Shown piece by piece: positions 50,801 through 64,000 of a stretch of DNA of 64,000 nucleotides; within the stretch, counting starts at the first letter, position 1; the number at the start of each line of letters is the position of its first letter. The stretch is from Magallana gigas. Taxonomy: Eukaryota. The notes under the pieces were generated by a model. It saw only the letters and a program-made list of their open reading frames with translations, made no database searches and was not told where the DNA came from. The DNA lies in NCBI RefSeq assembly GCF_963853765.1, contig NC_088853.1:51894001-51958000 (forward strand), read 5' to 3'. The translations under genes were made by a program, and so were the position numbers.

Positions 50801-51474
50801 CTATAATTTGAATACAAAGTCGGAAGTGTGTATAAATTTCCATTGCATATTCATTGCATTGATGACTTGACATGAGCTCAGATTTAATACAGAACGAACA
50901 ACTGATTTATCATTATTATACATAATACTGCGGTATGAGATCCGTGTCCCCACCCACCCCACCTCCATTACTTTGTTAAAATGGAAGTAAGATACTACAG
51001 CACCTAAATACTGACATCATAATGGTGTGTTTCCAATTTTTTATGTCTTTCTACACAATTTAGCATTTAAAAAAATGCTTTATCATCGCTTCTTTTAAAC
51101 AATTATCATTATAACTCCATTCTTTACAAATCTGCACCTTTCAAATTAAATGAGAAACATGATATATCCTTTTCTACCGTAAATAACGGTGAAATTGTAA
51201 ATTTTAACATAAAAAAAAATGCGTTTGAATTTGAAAATTAATTTGAACTATTCTGACACTTTCATTTTTTAAATATTTTTTTTCAACATCTTTTTTATTA
51301 TTTATATTTTGAAAAAAAAAATAAAGTTATATGGAAGTATAGAGATACATGTACATTTGGTAGCGGCTGCTTCCATCTTAAAATCTTTTTCGTGGTTTAA
51401 GGGGGGACATACTGTTATATTGATATGTACCTCCCCGGGTACAATATATGCTGCATGCTATAGTGACATGTCTC

Positions 51475-54400
51475 TTATTGGTTACAATATATGCTTTCCG
51501 ATTCATTTTGGTTGTAGTCCAAAACAGTACGGTATATCATCTCGTATTCCTCCTGTGAGAGGGAAACAAATATAATAAAAAGTGAAAAGGGAAACGAATT
51601 TGGGAAATTCTAGAAGTCACATATTATAGTATATTGAAATGTTAGAATCAAATTCTTAGTAAGCTACGATTGTGGATAATTTTGAAAAACTATCAAGGTA
51701 TAGATGTTTGAAAAGAATGTATATTGATTTGAAAATAATATATACGTTAAAATGCAAAATATGATGTTTCCAAATCATTGATTTGTACCATTTATAAGAA
51801 AGCCAAATGATTACATTACTGTAATACTTTGTAATTTTTTTTCATTTAATTCTTGTAATAACACACCCGATCCCTTTTCTAATATACAGAGAGTATTATA
51901 TTATCGGACGTTCTAGTATCCTCGTTGTCACCCACACGTAAATCAAACGTCCACCTTCTCTGACTATCAATTCTGTAGCATTTTTCTCCCCTTTCTCAGA
52001 AAAACGTTCATTGACTTAAAAAGTTTGGAGCCCCCATCTGCCACATACCAATCCTTGGCTTGGAAATTTGGATTATACATTCCCCCTTCCCAAGCACAAT
52101 TTATTTATTCCCTTACAAAACAAGACTAGTCCTTCTTACTTTCTTTCTGATCACACCAATCACTGACGTTCAAATCTGGAGTAATCTCCCCCAAACGACA
52201 ACCTTCCCCCAGGAGAAGTTATTATTCACTTTACAAAACACACACTTACCCGACTTACGAGGTGGAGAAACATAATCATTTTTCCTTTCCCAAACCCACC
52301 CATTTGACTTTTAAACTGATAAAAAAATGTTGCAACATACCCTCTCTTACCCATTCCAAATACATGTTGGACACCTTTTGAAAGAAAACTTACAAATTTG
52401 GCACAAAACTCCGGTCGTCTGATCTGCAGCTGTCTGACGGCGGTGAATACGTCCACTCTGTCATCCATGTTCATCTGTTGGATGACGTTATGGACGGCGA
52501 CAAACAATCCGCAAAGGGAGGCACCGTCACTGGTAATGAAAAGAAAACTTATGAGAGAGATAGAGAGAGAGAGAAAGAGTGTGTCATCATCTTATGATAT
52601 GTGAAATGTTTTAGAATTAACACAATCCTAATTTGCCTGGGCTAAAAGAAAACATCTTTCAAAAATGCCTATTTCGAAAATAAAGGACAATAGATTTCAT
52701 TAAAAAACTATTTCAGTGAATGCTCCACAGGGATATGGGAATGAAGCAAAAAGAAGTTAGATCTTATCACAATGGCTTTGCATCATGTTTTACCTGCTTA
52801 AAATGGTAATTGGGTTTTTGGTTTCTAAATTAAGAACTGCCGAAACAAGACTCCGAAGCTGGGACGTGTCAACAGAGGACTTTCCTGAACAATGTATTTC
52901 AGCATCTGGTTCAATAACCGTCACAGTATGATCTTCATCCTTAAAAATTGTAAGAATCATGACTGTCTTTTCATATTGAATATTTTGTTCATTACTGTTA
53001 ATAAATAGATATTTATCACTGTCATTGATGAAACAAAAGAATTTGAAAAAAAAATCTTATTACAATTTTGCTTTTACACTCAAATTGCTAAAATAAATGG
53101 ACATTAAATACGCTCTTCATACATACTCCCTCTTTATGTATTTGGATCACGTGAGAGGTGATATCAGTATGTGATTTTGATTGATGAGTAACAGAGTATG
53201 GTGGAATCTTCAGGGAAGAAGATACTGCAGGGAACCATGCATGACTCTAAAACAAAAAAAAATTAAAGAAATAAGCCACGTGTCACATTTTATGCACTTA
53301 TGATCTTTTGTTTTTTTTATGGGAGCAATACATAAAAAAAAATACGAAATTTCAAAAAAAAAAAAAACAAAAACAAAAAAACCCAGTGGCTTTAATACCA
53401 TGAAAATTACATTTATTAGTACATGTTTATCTATTTCAATTTTCATCTAAACATTTACACATCTGTGAATGCAACAAAAAAAGTGAAAACCAACAAATAA
53501 AATAATATAAACCATGTTATGTAGTTTTGTAGAATTTAACCTCATTGAAAAGAGTTTAAATCGCAGGAGTATGCTTTTTAAAACATAACTTTACATAGCT
53601 ATAAAATATACCGATTCTATGTATCGCAGTGGTTGCAGAGAAACGACTGTATCTGATTCATGGTCATTTAGCAAGCGCAAAAGGTCTACAGCGTCCTCTG
53701 GTGCTGGATATTTCGTCACAATAAAACCCTGTGAGTTGGTAAATGACTACAAGCAGAGTTCATGGTAATGTCAGTGAAGCAATCAAGGTACATGAACAAC
53801 AATATGTAAACTCTAGTTTTATAAATTTGACTTTTGACATTAACACTCAACCACAGATAAAAAGAACAAATATGTTATTTTCTACTGGTAAAATGACAAA
53901 ATTACTAAACCCGGATGAGAATGTTTAAAAAAAATAAAAGTAACAGATGTTATTCTGATAAGAATGTTTTGAACACTTTACCGACACGGTAATAGCATTG
54001 ATGTAACTGCCTCGTTTTGGAATACCAGTGGACAGATGCAGACTGTATTTGTCAACTGTAAATGAACAAATTACACGAAACAATTGGTTCATCAATCTAC
54101 ATGAAAACACGAACATTAACAATTAGAAGGGAATCTTAAACCATTTTTCATCTGAACAATGACAACGTTGCAGTTTCATGATTATTAATAAAACTTAGTA
54201 CCTTATCTGAGAAACTCGTACTTACGAGGCAGAATTTCACCAGCCTGCTTGTCTGCTATAGAATTTATGGCAAATTTGTAGTCATCCTTTGTATAATTTG
54301 GCCGAATTTTTGACAGAAGCTGAAAAGTAATTGAAGATGAATATAACTACAATATCATCACATAAGGTACAATCGTTACAACATTTTCTTTACATGGTAT

Positions 54401-57400
54401 TTAAGTACTAAAACCTCCGTTTGATGTTTACAAAATCCATTTACAAAGAATTTTTTAAACCTACCCTTTAAATACCACACTTAATGTTGCGATAGATCTA
54501 AAACTGTATGATACAATTTTACGCATTATTTGTTATTACTGGTTTTTTTTTAAATTTATGAACACTTTTAGCGTAAGCGAAGTCTTGAAATTTCTATTAG
54601 TAATACTTATTTTCAGAAGTTTAAACTGTCAAAGATGCATGTAACTGAACTTAGATAGGATAAGTTTATTTTATTTTGGTCATCAATATATTTACAGAAT
54701 AGAAAAGAGTTAATCAAGCATGAACAGGTGTCAACTGTGTTCGATTCTGTATTGTTCTCATGCAACTGGGATTATTTGTTTAACATTATTTCAATCATAT
54801 TATTTGTTTATGAATCCTATTAATTTAAAACTAGACTTCATTTAACATGACGGGTAAACAAAGTATAGTTTTGAACATAGTTTGCATCATACAAGTGTCT
54901 AACAAACCTGGAATTCTTTGCGAGCTGGATTTTGATTGGCTGGAATATTCGTTCCCGCTTTATTTGCTTTACTAGAAAATTCCGCCATACTGTCCGCCTT
55001 AATGGGTGCTTTAAAAATTTCGTTTAAAGCAAGAAAAATAGTGATGTATTGTTCCTGAATAAAAAGAAATGTATATACATCAGTGTAGTCAGTGTAACAA
55101 CCCTTCATTAGTTATATGAGTATATTAATCAGTATCTTTCACTAGGCGGGGACTAACACTAACCTGTGTTCAGTTGTTTTGAAACATTTCAAGAAATCTG
55201 TGTATTTTGTTTAGTAAATCAATAACATTTGATCATAAAGGACTATATTGGAATTAGCTGCAGGACTGTAGCTCCCGGTCTGAAAAAATTCGGATGGACG
55301 ACCTGGAAGCTACAGTGCATCCCATAGTAAAAAAACTGCAATTTACGGCGCACAAAAAAGTGCGCTAGGTTTGGACTGATTAATCTCATTTACGATCACA
55401 TTCTGTACAAAGATTTAATCCCAAAAAATTCCTCGGACAATTTACTAAAGATATTGTCACTTCACTTGCCTCTGATATTCTTTGAAACAACATCCCCAGC
55501 CCTGTAAATTAAAGTGGTGCAAGTTTGTTTACATTTAAAAATGGCGACTCTCGATCTCGACGTAAATTAACATACTTCATTTTCAGAGGTCGGTTATCAT
55601 GTTTAAGAGAAAGTCTGAGGCAAGTAAAGTGACGATAGGAGTAGTAAATTTGCTGAAGAATTTAATGGTTCTAATTATTTTTACAGAATTTGTGTGAAAA
55701 TAAGGTTAATAAGTCCAAAACTAGCGCATTTTTTTGTGCGCCGTAAATTGCAGTTTTTTACTATGGGAGGCACTGTAGCTCCCAGGTCGTCCATCCGAAT
55801 TTTTTCAGACCGGGAGCTACAGTCCTGCAGCTATATTGGAATATGTTATAAATTATCATTTGCGTACAACACTGAAAATAAGTACTTGAATTTATCACGT
55901 GCTCAAGCAGATAGAAACAATTTTTTTTTTACATTTAGCACATTTTTGTATCTGCTTCTCCGTCTTCTACATGTATATTTAATAACCTCCGTCTCCCCTA
56001 CTTCTACATGTACATGCATACTTAATTACCTTAACAGACAATTTCATTAACAAATCAAATCTGATACGAAACAATGAGTTTGAGATGAAACTTAAAAAAT
56101 ACAACAAAATGCAGTACCCCTCAAAAATATCTAAGATAATTTAACTTGATTAAATTCCAGACTTACGTATGTTTGCACCATAGAAACTCTGTTCTGTCTC
56201 ATTTTCGCTACAAATTCAGCCACGTTTACTATTCCCTTTCCCTTGCCCATCTGAAACAGGGCGTCTAAAGCAATGTAGGTCCCCGTTCGTCCTACACCAG
56301 CGCTAAGTAAAAAAAGTATATTAAAAAGGGCAAAAGCAAGTAGCAGTCCGCTTATGGATTATTCATAATCATATATATCGTTGATACTTATGATTTATAA
56401 CGTCAAGCATTACAAACCAAAGCACTGCCATTCAGTCAACTGAATGTTAATTAGAAGGTCTAAAAAGTTGACTAAATTCCTATGTCATTCAGTCACTGTT
56501 TAGCTACATTTCAGTCAAACCTATATTTGACTAAAAGGCAGAGCTTCACCCTGTGTATATAGTTTACATACCTTACATAGTGATCCAAAGGCTATGGATA
56601 TTTTTTATTTAAATTTTACCATAGGAATTACATGTTACATGAATTTTCCAGTGGCCAGTGGCAGATACCCCCCCCCCCCCACCGGCCTCAACTAAGTTTG
56701 CGCATGTTTATTTGAAAGAAAGCCTTGTTGGTTTTTAGTAATAGTTTTGTTTACCTGCAATGTACGGTTGTGGGACCTTGACTATTGTTGGCTGATGTAT
56801 TCATGACGTGGCTATGGAATGATAGCAAACCCAGCGGCTCTGGAACTCCGTGATCCGGCCAGGCAGTGTAGTGATATTGTGTTACTACACGTGTGTTCTT
56901 AAGCTTAAGAGTATACTCACATTTAAGTCAATATATTGTCTTTAATTAAATAGATTCATACTGCAATCATCTCATTGGTTAAAAAAACCCTAAAACAATG
57001 AACTATTGAAACAAAACGAGGAACGTATTGGAAAAATTTAATGTAACTTCATTATTGTTGTTTATCATTATTTTCTTAAACAGTAAAAGATGCAATGAAG
57101 CCATTATGATTCTCAATACTGTTTATGAGAAAATGCAAATAACATAGGAGAAGTCTGGTGTTATCTTTATGTTTGAAACTGAGTGCTTTTGGAAAATGTT
57201 ACCGAGATGAAACCCCCAGCCTCCTTATAAAAAGAAATACATGTAAAAACGAGCAAACATTTAAAGTAAAAAAAAAAAAATAAAAATGAGGAAAAATTAT
57301 GAATATATACTTCTTTGTTGTACACGGAGAGTTGGCGGGTAGTGTAAAATGCATATTCCTTCTCCTCCAAAAGCGTAACCAGCACTGGTCCATACGTCGC

Positions 57401-60400
57401 TGGCTTGTCTTTGTCGGGCCAATACTTACTGCATTTGAGCTGAAAAGTAAAATAAGATATGTAATGTTTATGAAATTTGGAGTTGTTTAGCAATATATCC
57501 CTAAATGGGGAATACAATGAAAGGGTAATAAATACACACACGCAAAACAAAAACTGTTAATCAAGTTTTATTCGCGTGCGAGAAATTTTTGCGAGATTTG
57601 CGAGAGCCTCTTCGTCGCGAATATTTCTCGCCGCGAACTAGTCTTTGACTTATGGGTGCTTTATCAAAACGAGTGTGGATAAAGAAAGGTCACGAAAAGT
57701 AATCGTCGCGAACCAGTTTATCGACGGCAAATCGCGAAATATAGTCGTCACGAATAAAAGCTGGTTTACAGTAATAATGGTTGATCGTAAACACACATTC
57801 TTTTAAAACATAAACAATATACAAATACAACAATATAACACATACCCATGATCACCGATAAATAAATTAAAGAAAAGAATATCATAATTCTACAGTTATT
57901 TTGATTAAACAAAGGACCCTGACATATCAAAACTTTTAATTAACTTATCCTTTCCGTTAACGCCTAGTCCCTTTTTTTTAGCTGTATATCTGACTTTAAG
58001 ATGTGTTCCCAAACATGAAATGTGTCACACTCTCCGCATTTTTTTTTGTATGAAGGCGCCACAAATAAACAAACCTTTTCACCCTCTTTGAGGTTTGTCA
58101 CCATGACGATGGTAGTCACACGTTCTTGCCAGATCATACGCCAAAAGTCCCCAAGTGTGTTTGGTTTCGGTCCTTCAAAACAAGAACAATACTAATACTG
58201 ATTAAAACCATTCTTAATGTTACAGGAACTTTAAAATTGTATCATATCGTTTTTAAGATGTTTCCATCTAGTTACATGTAAAAAGTTTTAATTGTCATTC
58301 ATGGATTGATATCTTGGATTGTATAAGGATATACAACAAAAAAGCAATATATTCTGTATGTTAAATACATTGTAACAGTATACCTTTTGAAAACGTATAT
58401 CATAATATGCGTTTCATAGATTGTGTAAGGAAATTATGTACTAGCACGTAGAACCCTAATGTTTTAAAACATTTATAGCTTTTTCGTATAAAAGATCGTA
58501 AGCTTTTTTTTCACCTTCATGTTCATATATAAGTACTCTATTTATTTCTGTTCTACATGATTAATCCGACATAAACTTTAAAATTGCTGAACATGCGAAA
58601 TAAATGCTCTTTGACGAAATCAATACCATTTATATAAAACCATGGCCAAAATTTACTACACATTGCTCTTACTTTTGCCTACTTTCAAAGAACTCCTCCA
58701 AAGTTTTTTTAGTATACATTACCTTGAGCAGCGATGTATTCCTTTTTCCGATTTGGACCCTTAAAAGAAATCAAAAGTACAAAGTAAAAACAAAACCGAA
58801 AAAAACGCAGTACACTTTTGGGGACTGTGATTGTTTTCAGAGTGGAGATAATTTTTTTCACAGTCATTACACGTAGTTTTAATTTTTTGAAAATAAATAG
58901 GATTGGAAAAGGCTTGCAATGTAGAATACACAACGATATCTATTTTTTGTGTAGAAGATACAGCACAATTCCTGTGAAATATTTATAACAGTTCATAGGT
59001 TCTGTAACCGATGGTACAAAACTAAGAAATTGGTGAAATACTTTTATAAACATATACATGTATGTTTGTTTAAATCTGTTAAAACACAATTGTTAATGAT
59101 TAAAAAAGTCCATGTTATGGCTATTTTTATAAGTCACAGATGATCTACATTTATTAAAAAACTGCATTTCAAGGTCGTTTAATAAACACATGCTTAAAAT
59201 ACAAGTACCCAGCGTAAAATCATAATAAAATAAAATAAAGTTAAAAAAAACCAACAACACCAGCAACAACTAAAAAAAATGTGTAAAAGACCAAGTTCAG
59301 GCGAGGTTTGATTTGAATAATCTCTATGTAATTAGTAGGATATACAATTCATGTAATCAGCGCACGGTAACGTTCAAAATATGACGTCAAGATGACGCAC
59401 GTCCAGCTGATAGAAATACCCAAATTTAAAATCACGCTGGGTTTCTTGTGCTTTTCACCTTAAAAACTAAAACAGCACTATATTACTTGTATTAATTGTA
59501 TCCCATATGTTCAAATATGTTCGAGAATCATAAACTAGTTCTCAGGAGGTTTCATTTTTTAAAGCTTTTTATTCTATGTACCAAATATTTACAGATATTA
59601 TATATAATTTCTTTCGGGCTGGCTGATGTCCAATATACAGTTACCACCACAATCACAAAATGTTTTTCGCACCATGTAATTTTTGCCCCATGTAACATTC
59701 GCCCTTTTACACTTGCAAACAATTTTGAATTAGCTGGACACAGTTGTGTTTAAATAAAAAGAATCGAGACAGTCGACAATAAATCGAGTTTTTTATTAGC
59801 CCGCTGACAACGTGGTCGAAATGGGCGAAAATAAAATGGGGGTAGTGTACCGTATTACTAACCTCTATGTAATTCGCATGGATATAATCTGATTTTTCAC
59901 CGCCTTGGGTGTCTAGTACAACTCGGGAATGGTCATCTAAAACAATATGTATTTTTTATCTCTTGTAATGCATAACCTTTTTAATGAAAAATGAAAAAAA
60001 CCCATGTAAACTATGTTCACTGGTGTGAATTGATGCTTAAAATAACATTTAACAATCAATCTAAAATTTGAAATTTTATGAAATGGCGATAAATGGTCAA
60101 TTACATACAATTCAAAAGATCATGCAATATAAACTTACAAGGAAAAGTTGTTTTATATCTATTCTTAGGAACATTTTCAGGTTTCTTTCCAAATTCACAT
60201 GTGTGTAGTTCACCACTTGGAAGAGCCTAAAATACAATTTTTATCTAGAATTCTTTTTATCACAAATAACAAGAATTTTTGGGTCAATCATTTATTAAGC
60301 TTTAAGCCAAACCTCATGTCAAGTTAAAAACAATTGTCCCTCCCCAATGCTGTTTTATGTTAGTGTACTTAAAAAAATAAATACAGAAGTCATCGAAAAT

Positions 60401-63181
60401 GTTTTTGGGGTGACAGATTTATGTCACTCCCTCTTAATTTTGAATCATCTCTTATCTTAATATTGACACCATTTATTAATGGCTCGTAAACATTAAAGGA
60501 ATCATTCAATTCATTAAATGAATGAAAAAGGATACAAAACAGTCTCAGTTTACTTTTGCATTCTTAAGCTGCAAGATGAGACCAGAATAAAGTACAGTGT
60601 TTCAATTTTTAAAGTATCTCCGCATTAACGTTACAAATGTAGTAAAAGCGGTGAGTAGTTTTCAAAAAAAAATTCTTTGATAAAAGAGTTCTGCTTCAAA
60701 AGACACATCTTAGCAATCTTTCAACATTAAAAAGATATTTGCCTTGATGCCGTCTTACTATTTCTCAAAGACTTAGCAACGTTTTTTCCATTCAATGGGT
60801 TCTTTTATAACACATTCTGTGATAGACGGTTTTCTTTGACCCTTACCGCATATTCCTTTCGGAAACCTTCGTTGTCGTTCTTTCCCTTCTCAGCAATAGC
60901 AGCTTCAAGCTTATCAATAGCTATATCGGGCGTCGTCTTGGTTACGTTAAAATATTCGGGATCCTCGACTATCATCCCATTCATACCTTCGTTCAAAGGT
61001 GTTGTTTCAATGGCTGGGCGACCATTGCTTGAACCTTGAGTACTTATTTTCGAGTTACCCTGTCCTGTAAGTTTCATCTCATCATCCCTTCGATTGTTGT
61101 TCAGCGCTTTGAAATATTATGTTGAATATTTACAAAATGATATGTTACACCACCCCCCCCCCCCCCCAAATTTCGTTAAACTCATATAATAATTCACGTC
61201 TGCATTTTAATATACACTTTCCTTTCCTAGAAATTAAAAATTACTATTTAATAGAGAAACGAACCTCCAAGAAATGCATTATTATACTTACGTTGGCCGT
61301 GTGGACTAGACTTTCGATACCTGAACAGAAAAAAAATTGTATAACGCAATCTTAACATAACCACCACACCTTTTGAGCCATCATTTTTTATATACATGTA
61401 TAAACATACTGGTAGTTTATCTGAATATACAATATTTCCAAATAGCATTTTAAAAAATAATAATTTAGATAAAACATTTTTAAAAATTTTTATTTGTTAA
61501 ACTATTTAAAGCCAAGAATAACCAATGTTTGGAATGAATATACAAGAACATTGGTTATTATTTCAATATGCACAAGAAACATTAATTTTACAAACCCATT
61601 TTAAATAATTGTGTAAGTTTGGGTTAAATTTCAAATTTTTAAGTAACATTTAATTAATTTTATACTTGTTTAAATATCATGTACAAACAGTATCTACTTC
61701 GTTCAAAATAACGTTTTAATTCATAATGCTGTATACCTTCTTACGATGACAAACACGAGAACAGAAGCAATGAGTAAGATTAGCAATCCGACCCCTACAC
61801 CAACAAATGAGGCGTTGTTCTCAGAATCACTTGTCTGTGTTGCAATCTATCACAAAATAAAACGGTATATAGGTTTTTGTTTTATTCACCTAATTATAGG
61901 CTAAAACTCTGCCATACAGTAAACTCGAACTAAGTAAAAGGTCTGGTGGAGAGGTGACTGAACTGCTAAGTTGCTGTAAACCTACTATATTTCGCGTGCA
62001 AGACATTTTCTGGAGGTTTGCGAGAGCTTCATCGTCGCGAATATTTCTCACGGCGAATCAGACCGTGTCGTCTGATTGTTATAAAAACACAAATCTGGAT
62101 AAAGAATTGTCGAAATCTTTAGTTGTCGCAAACCAGTTTTTCTCCGGTAAATTGCGAAATAATGTAATCGTGAATAAAATTTGGTTTACAGTTTGCCATT
62201 CAGTCATCTTTGAGGTATATTTCAGTCACTTTAAAGGAGGCTAGATGGTCGTGGCCATTTTAAGGCTATATATACCTCTTTTAGACAAAGAGCTATGTAC
62301 AAAGGTATAAAAATTGTTCAAATTTTAATGATAAAATTATTCTTTATTCAACAATACATTATGGCCAAAAACACCATATTTAAACGTTTAAGGCTGATCT
62401 GATCGTTAATTCGTTCCTCATCCAGCCTCCTTAAAGTGTCTGAATGGTAAAGCTTTACCTCGTGATTCTCCTTAACTTCGCACACCTGGTATATAAATCC
62501 CAATGAATTTAAAATTGTACAGTGTATCAAATTTTCCATATCAATGGATAATTATAAATTAAGTTCCATTGCCATTTCAGTGACACACTTAATGATACAT
62601 AGATATACTTTAAACACGAATATCTCGTTTGATAACCTGTTTGCAACTGCCGGTTTTCTTTTCACAAGTTCTGTTCACGCAAAGCGAACTGCAATTTTTA
62701 AGACAGTCGTAGCCAAAACGACCGTTCATACACTCTGCAAAAGAAAATACATGTACAGGAATATATAGAAATCTGGGGGTTTTTTTAGAGCAAAAAAAAA
62801 AAAAATCCAAAAAACATTAACATACTTATTTTAGTTTGAAAAATGTAATCAGTACATACAAATTTTCTGTGTAATTATGTAACGATGATAAAAATTGTGG
62901 CGTGAAAACAAAAGTAGGTTATAATATGTGTCAAAAGTGTTCTAAAGTTATTCGTTTTCATTTAAAATACTCTTGTTCCACGAATTTCTAAAATTATACC
63001 TGTAAACAATGATGAACTTAATAATAAAAGAAAGTATCTCTACCTTCCGTGCAGTTGTCTCCCATATACCCTGGGTCACATCCCTTTGCACATGTTCCGT
63101 TTAGATGATGACATTGTTGGTTATTACGACAGTGTCCACATGGCATGCTACAGTTCACTCCAAAAAGTCCACCATCACATT
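51475..63181 (-). CDS. Receptor-type protein tyrosine phosphatase with MEGF10-like EGF repeats, TM and tandem PTP domains; 5' part lies outside the window
   Basis: Exons: 63044-63181 and 62637-62734 (EGF), 61737-61846 (TM), 61292-61320, 60847-61106, 60139-60226 (KNRY), 59863-59936, 58723-58759, 58075-58172, 57311-57439, 56755-56903 (WPDHG, VHC), 56167-56302 (SAGVGRTG), 54908-55054, 54226-54319, 53982-54055, 53612-53746, 53127-53246, 52794-52939, 52394-52529 and 51475-51552. All phases join in frame. Confidence 0.92.
55255..55833. mobile_element. Non-autonomous DNA transposon, ~135-bp TIRs, TAG...CTA ends, 9-bp TSD
   Basis: TSD TATTGGAAT at 55246-55254 and 55834-55842. The TIR begins tagctgcaggactgtagctcccggtctgaaaaaattcggatggacgacctgg, and the first ~52 bp are identical in both arms. 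No ORF. Confidence 0.9.
57553..57773. mobile_element. MITE, TACTGTAAACC family, in an RPTP intron
   Basis: Reverse-oriented homolog of 24864-25087 ('gcgagagcctcttcgtcgcgaatatttctc'; end 'gaataaaagctggtttacagta'). Confidence 0.75.
59675..59855. mobile_element. Probable degenerate MITE in an RPTP intron
   Basis: Weak inverted ends (atttttgccccat / gggcgaaaataaaatggggg) around an interior 'cttgcaaac...gacacagttgtgtt'. Confidence 0.4.
61973..62192. mobile_element. MITE, TACTGTAAACC family, in an RPTP intron
   Basis: 'ctgtaaacc' ... 'gaataaaatttggtttacagt'; the interior matches the 57553 copy. Confidence 0.72.
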
Positions 63182-64000
63182 CTATCAATAAAAGGGTACA
63201 TGTAAATGCAATTAAAAGGGTATACACTTTTTTGAAGCGATATAAAGCTGCAGATAGTGAGGTTTTAAATCATCTTTACTGAATGTTACACAACTTAAAC
63301 AATGTTTGACGGCGGACTTAAGTACGGACGAAAATACCAGATTCAAGATATTCATCAGACACCCCCCCCCCCCAAAAAAAAAAAACATGAAATGTTTGTG
63401 AATATTTTCAAGTGAAATATGATGATACATCTCTAAAATAGATGGTTTCCTTTAGTACATAAACAACAAGTTTGTAGAGGAAATACAATTTTGTTCATAC
63501 GTGATCTTAACGGAAAACTTTATTTTTAATACAGAAGGCCGCCATGTACATGTATATAGCCGATCGAAACATGCCGTGAATATCATCGGACAACTAACAA
63601 GACAACTTTGATGATGTATTCTTCCGAGTTGTATTAGTGATTCGTTATGGTTTTAAATCTAGAACTAAAAACATCCAGACAAAAGACCTGAATGCGTTAT
63701 TGTGAAAACAATCATCTAACAGCATCATCGATCATCATTTCCTATCAATTTGATTATCTTAATCGCAATACGAACAACAATTTAACTATCAACTCAAATA
63801 TTTTTCCCTCTGATAAATTGTCTTGCTATCTGTGGTTTAATTTAAAACCTATTTCGTGTTTTACCTTTCAATTCATATCTATATGAATGAAAAAGAACAA
63901 TAAAGAAAGACAGGGTGTGTATGTGTGTAGGCATTTGCGTTTGCACCAAATAAAAAGAATGATCATATTTGCTGTTCACGGCACAATTTAATTACGAAAG

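Noticed and set aside
51900-52330. C-rich intronic segment suspected of being a viral or retroelement fragment
   Set aside because: Only short ORFs with no polymerase, capsid or integrase motif that I can recognise.
1-64000. CRISPR arrays, prokaryotic operons, rRNA, snRNA or known miRNA hairpins
   Set aside because: No regularly spaced repeat-spacer array and no match to the conserved RNA sequences I can recall. An Infernal/Rfam scan would be the decisive test.

Overview
AT-rich, intron-containing animal genomic DNA. The (GA)n microsatellites, poly-G/C runs, TA-flanked MITEs and gene content point to a bivalve, most likely an ostreid oyster (inference). No prokaryotic features or CRISPR were seen. 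By manual splice reconstruction (all introns GT-AG, reading phases checked) I find nine protein-coding genes: a partial MFSD4/NAGLT1-like MFS transporter (-); a two-exon multiple-cysteine-cluster Toll-like receptor with a degenerate TIR (-); a BTB-BACK-Kelch gene with an intronless CDS (-); a hidden ~159-aa B-box plus filamin-repeat mini-gene whose filamin exons are missing from the ORF track (-); a RING-B-box-coiled-coil-NHL TRIM gene (-); a FAM189/ENTREP/sarcospan-like tetraspan with a ~650-aa disordered tail (-); a secreted C1q-domain gene nested antisense in its last intron (+); LSM7 (+); and a partial EGF-repeat receptor tyrosine phosphatase with active D1 and dead D2 domains (-). There are also several non-autonomous DNA transposons, including one with ~135-bp TIRs and a perfect 9-bp TSD and one carrying a tRNA-like cassette, plus local tandem duplications. 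I cannot establish a wholly new system from sequence alone. The best leads are the B-box/filamin mini-gene, the TIR-degenerate TLR and the nested C1q.
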